DNA of 64,000 nucleotides from a virus: IMG/VR virus record IMGVR_UViG_3300021961_000025. One strand, 5' to 3'. Positions 1 through 8,326 of the stretch are shown here, piece after piece. The first letter of the stretch is position 1, and the number at the start of each line of letters is the position of its first letter. Below the pieces are notes generated by a model that was not told the origin of the DNA, did no database searches, and worked only from the letters and a program-made list of their open reading frames with translations. The position numbers were made by a program, and so were the translations under genes.

Positions 1-2
1 TA

Positions 3-161
3 CGTGCAGTTGATCCTGCTACTTTCCAGCCCAAAATTGGCTTTAAGACCAGATACGGCATGGTTGCGAATCCTTTCACATCTCTTGATGGGTCTGGTAA
101 TGGTTTGGCTGCAGGTCAAAACTACTACTACAGAAAAGTTAAAGTTGCAAACTTAATGTAA
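3..161 (+). CDS. 23: major capsid protein, C-terminal fragment (truncated by window)
   Basis: Manual translation RAVDPATFQPKIGFKTRYGMVANPF...YYRKVKVANLM* matches the T4-type gp23 C-terminus; not in ORF track. Confidence 0.95.
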   Translation, partial: RAVDPATFQPKIGFKTRYGMVANPFTSLDGSGNGLAAGQNYYYRKVKVANLM

Positions 162-188
162 TTTTAACCTCGTAGTAATACGAAGTCT

Positions 189-222
189 AAGAGGGGGGAT
201 GAAAATCTCCCCTCTTTTTTTT
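189..222 (+). terminator. intrinsic terminator after gene 23
   Basis: AAGAGGGGGGAT-GAAA-ATCTCCCCTCTT followed by a T run. Confidence 0.85.
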
Positions 223-225
223 GCC

Positions 226-248
226 CTAAATAATAAGATACCTAAATA
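226..248 (+). promoter_or_regulatory. tandem late promoters (CTAAATA x2)
   Basis: CTAAATA at 226-232 and 242-248 upstream of gp3; resembles T4 late TATAAATA. Confidence 0.65.
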
Positions 249-273
249 ATAATACATCTACGGAGAAACACAA

Positions 274-822
274 ATGACTGCTACAGCTGGTAACTTTCCC
301 TCGAATATAAATCCATTAAATCCTAATGGGTTTAGGTTTGATGTTGCCAAATTGAAAGACATCTCTTTCTACGTTCAAAGTGTTAATCTTCCAGGAATTA
401 CTCTGGGAGAACCTATCTTTGGAAACCCATTCGCACAAACTCCAGTTCCTGGAGATATGTTAACGTATGGTGAGTTGTCATTTGATTTTATTGTAGATGA
501 AGACATGAAAAATTATGAAACAGTATATAAGTGGATCGTTGCTCTAGGATTCCCAACTGGACACGATCAATATCTTAACTTCATTAATTCTGACGAGAGC
601 GCATTGATCGGAGAACTAGCAAAGAACTATTCAGATGCTACTTTGACAGTTCTCAATAATAACAATCAACCGAGCAAATATGTTAGATTTATTGACTGTT
701 TCCCAACTTCTCTCGATGCTCTACAGTTCGATAGCAAAGTACAAGACGTTCAATATCTCGTAGCTAGAACTAGCTTTAGATTTACCTACTACAAATTTGT
801 CTCTAATAGAATAGAATACTAA
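274..822 (+). CDS. 3: tail completion / sheath stabilizer protein (gp3-like)
   Basis: NPNGFRF...VNLPGITLG...PGD.L.Y..L...F.VDE motifs; synteny 23-3-uvsY-uvsW. Confidence 0.85.
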   Translation: MTATAGNFPSNINPLNPNGFRFDVAKLKDISFYVQSVNLPGITLGEPIFGNPFAQTPVPGDMLTYGELSFDFIVDEDMKNYETVYKWIVALGFPTGHDQYLNFINSDESALIGELAKNYSDATLTVLNNNNQPSKYVRFIDCFPTSLDALQFDSKVQDVQYLVARTSFRFTYYKFVSNRIEY

Positions 823-823
823 T

Positions 824-1072
824 ATGAAATGGATACTAATTTGTATCGCATTGGCTGGTAATCCAGTCGATGGATCACGAGAACTGTACATATTCAACGT
901 GAAGTTTCAAGATGTAGACCAATGCAAGACTTACTCAATGGTTCACTCTGATAAAATAACAGAAACTGTTGTTCCAGAGATTGGTCCATTTGCAGCGTTT
1001 TGCGTGACTGAGGAAGTATTTGAAGAACAAATTGCACCCACTTTAGAAAAAGAGAAAAAAGAGTGGATTTAA
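824..1072 (+). CDS. hypothetical protein, possible signal peptide
   Basis: ORF track; hydrophobic N-terminus. Confidence 0.5.
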   Translation: MKWILICIALAGNPVDGSRELYIFNVKFQDVDQCKTYSMVHSDKITETVVPEIGPFAAFCVTEEVFEEQIAPTLEKEKKEWI

Positions 1073-1088
1073 TTGCAAGTGATTTACT

Positions 1089-1111
1089 TGCAAAGTATAT
1101 TGTAGTATAAT
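1089..1111 (+). promoter_or_regulatory. putative middle promoter TGCAA-N12-TATAAT (uvsY)
   Basis: Same geometry recurs at about 10 sites. Confidence 0.6.
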
Positions 1112-1136
1112 ATGACTAAACTATGGAGTTATTGTT

Positions 1137-1574
1137 ATGAATATAGAACAGTTACAGGAAGAATGGGCTAAGGACTGCTCGATCGACGACGACCATCTCG
1201 ATCGTGAATCAGTAAGAACACCCAATCTACACGCCAAATACCTCAATCATCTTATTTCCTTTAAGATGAAACATGCTGCACACACAACCGAGTATAATTC
1301 TTTACGTGTTAAAAAGTTTCGTTACTATCGTGGCGAACTGAGTAAAGCAGAATTAGACATGAATGGTTGGGAACAGTGGCAAGGTATCAAACCACTACGC
1401 AACGAGATGGACGAATTCCTTAATGGAGATAGTGATCTCATTAAAGCTAAATTAAAAGTTGACTATCTAAAAACGTGCATTGAATGTTGCGAAAGTATTA
1501 TGCTTTCAATCAAGGGACGTGATTGGACGATTCGTTCAGCGATTGATTGGAAGAAATTTATCAGTGGCGCATAA
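1137..1574 (+). CDS. uvsY: recombination mediator UvsY
   Basis: D..ID...LD.ES...P.LHAKYL, YY.G, R.W.I..AIDW.KF..G. Confidence 0.92.
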   Translation: MNIEQLQEEWAKDCSIDDDHLDRESVRTPNLHAKYLNHLISFKMKHAAHTTEYNSLRVKKFRYYRGELSKAELDMNGWEQWQGIKPLRNEMDEFLNGDSDLIKAKLKVDYLKTCIECCESIMLSIKGRDWTIRSAIDWKKFISGA

Positions 1575-3060
1575 AATCTACATTGAAAAGATAAACGAAG
1601 TACATCTACGTTTATTCTCTGAAGATAGTGTTGAGCAAGAACTATCAGACTTCTTTACGTTTGAAGTTCCAGGAGCAAGGTTTACACCTCAGTTCCGTCA
1701 ACGACTATGGGATGGGAAGATTCGTATGTACGATCGTCTACGTAAAACACTTTACGTAGGACTCTACGACTATGTCGAAAAATTCTGTTTTGACAGAGAA
1801 TATGAATTAGTATATACTACTCCGAAAGAACAATTCGAAACTGATAATGGAATTAGCTTTGACGAAGTAGAAGAGTTTGCTAATTGGCTCGAGCCTAGTA
1901 CTCGTGGCGTACCTATACAAATTAGAGATTATCAAATCCAAGCAGTACACACTGCATTAAATAAAGAACGATGCTTGTTATTATCGCCTACAGCATCAGG
2001 TAAAAGTTTCATCATCTATACTGCTCTACGTTATCATCTCTTGCAAGATCGTAAGGTTATGATTGTAGTACCTACGACATCATTAGTAGAGCAATTCTAT
2101 AAAGACATTGTAGATTATAGTTCCAAAAACAATTGGGATGCACATAATCATTGTCAAAAACTATACAGTGGCTTTCCTAAAGAATTCGAAAAAGACGTAT
2201 TAATTACTACGTGGCAATCAATCTATAAACAACCTCGTGCATGGTTTAGTCAATTCGATGTTATATTCGGAGACGAGGCACATCAATTTAAAGCTAGAAG
2301 TCTAACCTCTATTATGGAGAAACTTCCTCACATTCGTTATCGTATCGGTACGACAGGAACGTTAGACAATAAAAAGGTTCATAAGTTAGTTCTTGAGGGT
2401 ATCTTTGGTAAGATCCATAAGGTTACTACAACCAAGCAACTAATGGAAACTGACAGATTGGCGAAACTAAATATTACTTGTCTACTCTTAGAGTACGATG
2501 AGATTACAAGACAGGGAAGAAAGAACAATCAATATCAAGATGAGATGGACTTCCTTTGTACTAATGATAAGAGAAATAGTTTTATAACTAACCTTGCTTG
2601 TAAACTCCAAGGCAATACTCTCGTATTATTCCAGTATGTTATGAAACATGGCATACCTTTGTATGAGGCAATAGAGAAAAAAGCTGGTGATGAGAAACAG
2701 GTATTTTTTGTATCGGGAGAAACTATTGTCGCTCACAGGGAACAAATCCGTGAGATTGCGACCGATACTAATAACAATATTATTGTGGCTAGCTTTGGAA
2801 CTTTTTCTACTGGTATTAATATTCCCAGCATAGAAAACATTATTTTTGCTAGTCCATCAAAGAGTAAAATAAGAAACCTCCAATCCATCGGTCGAGGATT
2901 GAGATTAAAAGAGGGCAAGACCGAATGTAGTTTGTATGATCTCGCTGATGATCTTCACTGGAAGTCTTGGAAGAATCATACACTCAATCACTTTAGCGAA
3001 CGTATTCGCCAATACAGTGAAGAGAATTTTAACTACAAAATTATAAAGGTAAAACTATGA
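1564..3060 (+). CDS. uvsW: RNA-DNA/DNA helicase UvsW (likely GTG start at 1564; ORF track start 1480)
   Basis: SPTASGKS Walker A, DEAH, QSIGRGLR, WDGKIR N-terminal motif. Confidence 0.95.
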   Translation: MAHKIYIEKINEVHLRLFSEDSVEQELSDFFTFEVPGARFTPQFRQRLWDGKIRMYDRLRKTLYVGLYDYVEKFCFDREYELVYTTPKEQFETDNGISFDEVEEFANWLEPSTRGVPIQIRDYQIQAVHTALNKERCLLLSPTASGKSFIIYTALRYHLLQDRKVMIVVPTTSLVEQFYKDIVDYSSKNNWDAHNHCQKLYSGFPKEFEKDVLITTWQSIYKQPRAWFSQFDVIFGDEAHQFKARSLTSIMEKLPHIRYRIGTTGTLDNKKVHKLVLEGIFGKIHKVTTTKQLMETDRLAKLNITCLLLEYDEITRQGRKNNQYQDEMDFLCTNDKRNSFITNLACKLQGNTLVLFQYVMKHGIPLYEAIEKKAGDEKQVFFVSGETIVAHREQIREIATDTNNNIIVASFGTFSTGINIPSIENIIFASPSKSKIRNLQSIGRGLRLKEGKTECSLYDLADDLHWKSWKNHTLNHFSERIRQYSEENFNYKIIKVKL

Positions 3061-3575
3061 CAGCACCTACTAAAGACGATAACTTTGTTACCATAAAAAT
3101 GTCTACTGGTGAAGTACTTGTTGGTATTAAAAGGAATGAAACTCCTTCAACAGTTACAGTCGAGTATCCTTTTCACGTAAAGAATTATCCAAGATTTGTA
3201 GAGGGTGGAGTAATTGAAACGATAACTGCTGGTCCATATTGCAGTTTTACTCAAGATCGATTATTCGAATTACCTAAAAAAGATATCGTATTCGTTAAAC
3301 CAATGCATGCATTTGCAGTTCCATTCTATCTTAATTTATGGCAACAACACGAAACACCAATGAGAGTTGGTAAAGATGGTAAGCCATTAAATGAAAGTGT
3401 ACACGACTCTGAAGCGATTACTGCTGAAGAGTTAAAAGATCGTATCGAGAGATTAATTGGGAAAATGACTAAGTTAGACGATGTTAATCGTGATACACAG
3501 TCAGAGGAGTTTTTCGAAGACGAGTATGAGGAAGAAGAATACTTAGAACGTAAAGAGAAGAATACTCTACACTAA
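3057..3575 (+). CDS. conserved T4-like hypothetical protein (Sm-like N-terminus, acidic tail ending TLH)
   Basis: IKMSTGEVLVG motif; usual position between uvsW and 55. Confidence 0.6.
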   Translation: MTAPTKDDNFVTIKMSTGEVLVGIKRNETPSTVTVEYPFHVKNYPRFVEGGVIETITAGPYCSFTQDRLFELPKKDIVFVKPMHAFAVPFYLNLWQQHETPMRVGKDGKPLNESVHDSEAITAEELKDRIERLIGKMTKLDDVNRDTQSEEFFEDEYEEEEYLERKEKNTLH

Positions 3576-3585
3576 CTCTAATTCA

Positions 3586-3634
3586 CTTCAACCCTAACAC
3601 CGACAAGTATACCCCAGTCAAGTTTGCAGAGCAA
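3586..3634 (-). promoter_or_regulatory. antisense TGCAA-box promoter with conserved 19-nt downstream element (copy 1)
   Basis: Minus strand reads TGCAA-acttgactgggg-TATACT-t-GTCGGTGTTAGGGTTGAAG; the 19-mer is identical at 43709-43727 (+). Confidence 0.65.
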
Positions 3635-3664
3635 TTTATTTTCAAAGATTTCTTGAGGTTGTTA

Positions 3665-3687
3665 TGCAATAAAAAACAAAGTAAACT
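3665..3687 (+). promoter_or_regulatory. putative middle promoter TGCAA-N12-TAAACT (gene 55)
   Basis: Motif geometry. Confidence 0.5.
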
Positions 3688-3705
3688 TATGTTATATTAA
3701 ACGAA

Positions 3706-4308
3706 TTGGAGAAACCATTTGTGAGTGAAAAAAAGAAAAAACGTGCCCATTACGTAAACAACGAAGAATTTTTACAGGCACTGATACAATATAAAAAAGA
3801 TTGTTATGATGCGGAGAACTCTGGTGAAGATAAACCACAGATCCCTAACTTCATTGGCGAATGCCTTTTGAAGATCGCTACTCATCTTTCCTATAAACCA
3901 AATTTCATTAACTACAGCTATCGAGATGATATGATTCTTGATGGTGTAGAAAATTGCATTTTATACCTTTCAAACTTTAATCCTGAAAAAAGTAAGAACC
4001 CTTTCTCTTATTTTACACAGATTATTTACTACGCTTTCTTACGAAGAATTATGAAAGAACGTAAACAGTCTTATGTTAAGAATAAGATTATTCAAGAACT
4101 TCCAATGGAAGTCTTTGATCAACTTGAGGGTGATGAGGCATTTTACACTAATCAATATATCGATTTCCGTAGAAGTACTCAAAACTTTGATGATTATATT
4201 GAAAGACGTAAAGCAAAGAAAACGGAAGATCGTCTTAAACGTAGTATGGGTTTAGACGAACTGGCATTAGATAATGGAGAAGATGATGAAAGTAGCGATA
4301 ATAACTGA
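3706..4308 (+). CDS. 55: late sigma factor gp55 (start probably GTG 3721)
   Basis: HYVNNEEF, IATHLSYKPNFINYSYRDDMILDGVENC, NPFSYFTQIIYYAFLRRI. Confidence 0.96.
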   Translation: MEKPFVSEKKKKRAHYVNNEEFLQALIQYKKDCYDAENSGEDKPQIPNFIGECLLKIATHLSYKPNFINYSYRDDMILDGVENCILYLSNFNPEKSKNPFSYFTQIIYYAFLRRIMKERKQSYVKNKIIQELPMEVFDQLEGDEAFYTNQYIDFRRSTQNFDDYIERRKAKKTEDRLKRSMGLDELALDNGEDDESSDNN

Positions 4309-5341
4309 TTTACATTTCGGTGCACGAAACGATAACCAAGCATTCCTAGACTACCAAGAAAAGTTTTATACGAATGTATTCTTTCCAGCACTCAAAGAAA
4401 AGGGTATTACAACAATCCTTAACTTAGGCGATACATGGGATCGTCGTAAGTATATCAATTTCAATACACTAAAACAAGTTAAGAAGTTTTTCTTTGACGA
4501 GATCGCAAAGAACGACATGCAAATGTATATGTTGGCAGGTAATCACGATACCTATTATAAGAACACCAACGACATTAACTCTCCTGATCTTCTTTTAAAC
4601 GAATACAAGAACGTAACTATCATTGATAGTCCACGACTTATTACAATCGATAAAACAGATATCGCTATGATGCCATGGATTTGTGCAGAGAATTATGCTG
4701 AGTCAATGGATCTAATTAATACTACTGCAGCACCTCTATGTATGGGGCACTTTGAGATTGCTGGTTTCACAATGCATCGTGGTATGACAAGTCATGGTGG
4801 TTTAGATCCTGCAGTGTTTAAGCGATTTGATATGGTTTTCACTGGACACTATCACCATCGTAATAACAATGGACATATTTACTATTTGGGTAATCCTTAC
4901 GAACTTACTTGGAATGATTATAACGATCCTCGTGGTTTCCACTTCTTTGATACTACGACAAGAGAACTACAGTTTGTAATGAATCCTTATACGATGTTCT
5001 ATCGTTTGGAATACAATGATCAAGAAAATGATTATGAGAACTTTGATTTCCAGTCTTGCAAAGAAAAATACGTTAAAATAGTCGTAAGTAAAAAATCAGA
5101 CTTTTACAAGTTTGACACTTTTATGAATAAGGTGTATAATAACGATCCTTATGATGTAAAAATCATAGAGGACTTTAGTGAGTTTAAAGATGGAGAACTT
5201 GATGAGTCGATCAATTTAGAAGATACAATGGATGTATTAAGTAACTACATTGACAGTGTCGAAACGACAAGTGTTGATAAAGAGAAACTGAAAGTCTTTA
5301 TGAAGACTCTCTATACAGAGGCGATTAATATTACAGTATGA
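4274..5341 (+). CDS. 47: recombination endonuclease subunit (Mre11/SbcD-like)
   Basis: TDLHFG, LGDTWDRR, GNHD, GHYH phosphoesterase motifs. Confidence 0.95.
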   Translation: MEKMMKVAIITDLHFGARNDNQAFLDYQEKFYTNVFFPALKEKGITTILNLGDTWDRRKYINFNTLKQVKKFFFDEIAKNDMQMYMLAGNHDTYYKNTNDINSPDLLLNEYKNVTIIDSPRLITIDKTDIAMMPWICAENYAESMDLINTTAAPLCMGHFEIAGFTMHRGMTSHGGLDPAVFKRFDMVFTGHYHHRNNNGHIYYLGNPYELTWNDYNDPRGFHFFDTTTRELQFVMNPYTMFYRLEYNDQENDYENFDFQSCKEKYVKIVVSKKSDFYKFDTFMNKVYNNDPYDVKIIEDFSEFKDGELDESINLEDTMDVLSNYIDSVETTSVDKEKLKVFMKTLYTEAINITV

Positions 5342-7059
5342 TAGTATTCAACAAACTTAAATGGAGAAACTTTCTCTCCACAGGTAACGTTTGGAATGAA
5401 GTACAATTAGATAGAAGTAGAACTACACTGGTCGTTGGTAAAAATGGCGAGGGTAAGTCTACTATTCTTGACGCATTGTGCTTTGGTCTATTCGGTAAAC
5501 CTTTCCGTAAAATCAAAATCCCACAGCTTGTCAATAGTATTAATGCCAAGCAAGCAGAAGTCGAAATCGAATTCACAGTCGGTACGCAACACTATCGTAT
5601 TTACCGAATGATTAAGCCACATCGATTTGAATTCTGGCAAAACGGAATTATGATCAATCAGTCTGCTGCAATTTCAGACTATCAAAAGATCATTGAACAA
5701 CAAATTCTAAAAATTAACTACAAAACATTCTGTCAGGTATGTATACTAGGAAGTGCATCTTATGTTCCTTTTATGCAGTTACCTCAGTATGCTCGTCGTG
5801 CAGTTGTTGAGGATATTCTGGATATCAGTATCTTCTCTACAATGAATGATATGCTACGTGTAAGAATGATTGATACAAAAGAATCACTGAAGGATGCTGA
5901 GCGAGCAATCGATGTAGCGAAGAATGCAGTTGAGTCTCAAACTAAAATTATTAAAACTCTTTCAGAATCTAAGAAAGAACAGGTAACTCGTATTCAAGAT
6001 CAAATCAAAGAACACGATGCTGAGATCGACGAACTGAATGGAGTTATTGAAGGACTACAAAACTCAATCAAAGAATCGACTTCATCTATTAATGATTCTG
6101 ATGTAGTTCACGAAGAACTAGACAATCTTAAAAAGAATATCTCTGTTCAAAGTCATACTCTAGAACGAGTAGAAAAACAACTTACTTTCTTTGAACAAAA
6201 CGATAGTTGTCCTTCTTGCCTACAGGGTATTGAACATACTCACAAAGACAAATTAGTTTCTGAATTGCAAGATGAAAAGAGTACTAAGGTAAGTCAAAGC
6301 AAACAGCTAAAAGAAGCATTCGAAAAACTATCAAATCGAATGAAACAAATTTCAGAAACCAGTCAAGAGATTATTCGTTTGAATAATGAATTGGTTTCTA
6401 ACAATCAAGCAATGACGATGTTATTTAAACAAAACGTTAAGTTGCGTAAAGATATCGAAACTCTGAATACGAACACAGAGGATGTCGATAAAGAAAAAGA
6501 AAGACTTAAACAATTAGCAAAAGATGCTCTTACGACTGTTAATCTAAGAACACAACTACAAGAACAAACTAACGTAGAGTCAATCGCACAACAACTCTTG
6601 AGAGACTCTGGTATTAAGACTGCAATTATTCGTGAGTATTTACCTGTGATGAATAAACTCATTAACAAGTATTTACAGGCAATGGATTTCTATGTTCACT
6701 TCGAACTAGATGAAAACTTCAATGAGACAATACGTTCACGTTATCGTGATGAGTTTACTTACGACTCTTTTAGTGAGGGTGAGAAAATGCGTATTGACTT
6801 AGCAGTCTTGTTTACATGGCGACAAATTGCTAAGATGAAGAACAGCATTAATACTTCTCTTCTAATTCTAGATGAGATCTTTGATTCTTCATTGGACTCT
6901 ACTGGTACTGATTACTTTATGTCACTTGTAGACCATTTGGATCAACACGTTAATGTTTTCGTAATCAGCCACAAAGGTGACCAACTATTCGATAAGTTTA
7001 GATCGGTACTTAAATTCGAGAAGAAGAATGACTTCTCGGTAATTGCAAAAGGAGCGTAA
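5338..7059 (+). CDS. 46: recombination ATPase subunit (Rad50/SbcC-like)
   Basis: GKNGEGKST, CPSC zinc hook, FSEGEK signature, LILDE. Confidence 0.96.
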   Translation: MIVFNKLKWRNFLSTGNVWNEVQLDRSRTTLVVGKNGEGKSTILDALCFGLFGKPFRKIKIPQLVNSINAKQAEVEIEFTVGTQHYRIYRMIKPHRFEFWQNGIMINQSAAISDYQKIIEQQILKINYKTFCQVCILGSASYVPFMQLPQYARRAVVEDILDISIFSTMNDMLRVRMIDTKESLKDAERAIDVAKNAVESQTKIIKTLSESKKEQVTRIQDQIKEHDAEIDELNGVIEGLQNSIKESTSSINDSDVVHEELDNLKKNISVQSHTLERVEKQLTFFEQNDSCPSCLQGIEHTHKDKLVSELQDEKSTKVSQSKQLKEAFEKLSNRMKQISETSQEIIRLNNELVSNNQAMTMLFKQNVKLRKDIETLNTNTEDVDKEKERLKQLAKDALTTVNLRTQLQEQTNVESIAQQLLRDSGIKTAIIREYLPVMNKLINKYLQAMDFYVHFELDENFNETIRSRYRDEFTYDSFSEGEKMRIDLAVLFTWRQIAKMKNSINTSLLILDEIFDSSLDSTGTDYFMSLVDHLDQHVNVFVISHKGDQLFDKFRSVLKFEKKNDFSVIAKGA

Positions 7060-7274
7060 TGAAAAAAAGATGGGTAAAGAAAATGACAGAACGTGATTAT
7101 AAATTAGACAAACTCGAGCATCTTAAGTTCAAGCATCGTTTGTTAGATACGTGGATTAGTGAAGACAGTCAGACTAAATTTGAAACACCTGACATGAAAG
7201 CACGTAAGGTTCAAAAATTAAAAATGAAAGAGGAGATGTTTGCTCTTGCTAAAGAATTAGGAGTTAGAATATGA
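7059..7274 (+). CDS. small helical protein, DUF465/YdcH-like
   Basis: LEHLK.KH..LD..I....K..KLKMKEE pattern. Confidence 0.4.
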   Translation: MKKRWVKKMTERDYKLDKLEHLKFKHRLLDTWISEDSQTKFETPDMKARKVQKLKMKEEMFALAKELGVRI

Positions 7275-7861
7275 CAACAGAAGTTATAGCTAATCCTGGA
7301 AAATCAGGATTGCTAGCATTTGACGATCCACATCTACGTAAACCTTGCGTAGCTTGGGACTTTGAAAAGAACACTACAGAAGATGCTGCAAAAATAGGAA
7401 CACTTCTTATTGAAACATCTAATAAGTTAGGTGGTGCTGGTCTATCAGCAAATCAAATCGGATTACCTCATAAGGTATTTGCGATGACTGTAGTTGACAC
7501 AGAACAATATGCTGTGTTCAATCCTGAAATCCTAGAAGTAAGCAGTCAAACAATTCTTGCTGAAGAGGGATGTCTATCTGTTCCAGGACTATGGATTAAA
7601 GTTGCACGTCCAGAGATCGTTAAGGTAAGATACTTCACATTCAAAGGTGAAGAAGTAAAAGCTACACTATCAGGAATCACTAGTCGTGTGTTCCAACACG
7701 AATACGACCATATGCTCGGTATTCAGTTTACACAAAGAGTGTCTAAAATGAAGTTCGAGATGGCTATCAAGAAGTATAAGAAACAGATGATTAAGAAAGC
7801 GAAGATGACTAGGTTCGTAACGATGAATTCCGATGGTGAAATGAAGTTAGAAAATAGTTAA
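7271..7861 (+). CDS. def: peptide deformylase
   Basis: GAGLSANQIG, EGCLS, HEYDH motifs. Confidence 0.95.
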   Translation: MTTEVIANPGKSGLLAFDDPHLRKPCVAWDFEKNTTEDAAKIGTLLIETSNKLGGAGLSANQIGLPHKVFAMTVVDTEQYAVFNPEILEVSSQTILAEEGCLSVPGLWIKVARPEIVKVRYFTFKGEEVKATLSGITSRVFQHEYDHMLGIQFTQRVSKMKFEMAIKKYKKQMIKKAKMTRFVTMNSDGEMKLENS

Positions 7862-7869
7862 AATAAGTG

Positions 7870-7900
7870 TTGACTTTTTAAAACCTTTGCAGTATAATAT
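7870..7900 (+). promoter_or_regulatory. sigma70-type early promoter driving tRNA-Cys
   Basis: TTGACT at 7870-7875 and TATATAAT at 7893-7900. Confidence 0.7.
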
Positions 7901-7905
7901 ACTGT

Positions 7906-7979
7906 AATGGTGTGGCGGAATGGTTACGCAGAGGATTGCAAATCCTCCTATCCGAGTTCGATTCTCGGCACCATTTCCA
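7906..7979 (+). tRNA. tRNA-Cys (GCA)
   Basis: Cloverleaf: acceptor AATGGTG/CACCATT, D arm GCG/CGC, anticodon arm GAGGA-TTGCAAA-TCCTC, T arm CCGAG-TTCGATT-CTCGG, discriminator U, encoded CCA. Confidence 0.95.
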
Positions 7980-7999
7980 AATCCAAAAGGAGATATATT

Positions 8000-8224
8000 A
8001 TGGCTAAATTTGCAAACCACTCGGAAATCGACTCTAGTACCTATAGCTATATGCAAACAGTTACTGGAGAGAGCGATCTATCGTTAGTTCCTATAGATGA
8101 TATAAACAGCTTTTTAGAGGGGCTAGAGAGCGTTCTAGCAAACGAGAGCAAGGGGTTTCCCACTGAGGAGGACTTTACCTCAATGGAGATGTATTATGGC
8201 TCTCTATCTGCATTGCAATCTTAA
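8000..8224 (+). CDS. small acidic hypothetical protein
   Basis: AGGAGA SD before ATG 8000; the ORF-track start (7907) lies inside the tRNA. Confidence 0.55.
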   Translation: MAKFANHSEIDSSTYSYMQTVTGESDLSLVPIDDINSFLEGLESVLANESKGFPTEEDFTSMEMYYGSLSALQS

Positions 8225-8320
8225 AAAACCCTTGATTTTACAGGGTTTTTCAAAAAAACACAAAAAAAGTGCTTTTTTTCACAAATAAGTGTTGACTTTC
8301 TGCAAACTCTGTAGTATAAT
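8223..8320 (+). promoter_or_regulatory. stem-loop plus early promoter cassette
   Basis: AAAAAACCCT...AGGGTTTTT inverted repeat, A-rich UP element, TTGACT(8292)-N17-TATAAT(8315). Confidence 0.8.
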
Positions 8321-8326
8321 TACCCT

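Noticed and set aside
7907-8224. 105-aa ORF as given in the track
   Set aside because: The first 31 codons run through the tRNA-Cys and the spacer after it; the SD supports a start at 8000
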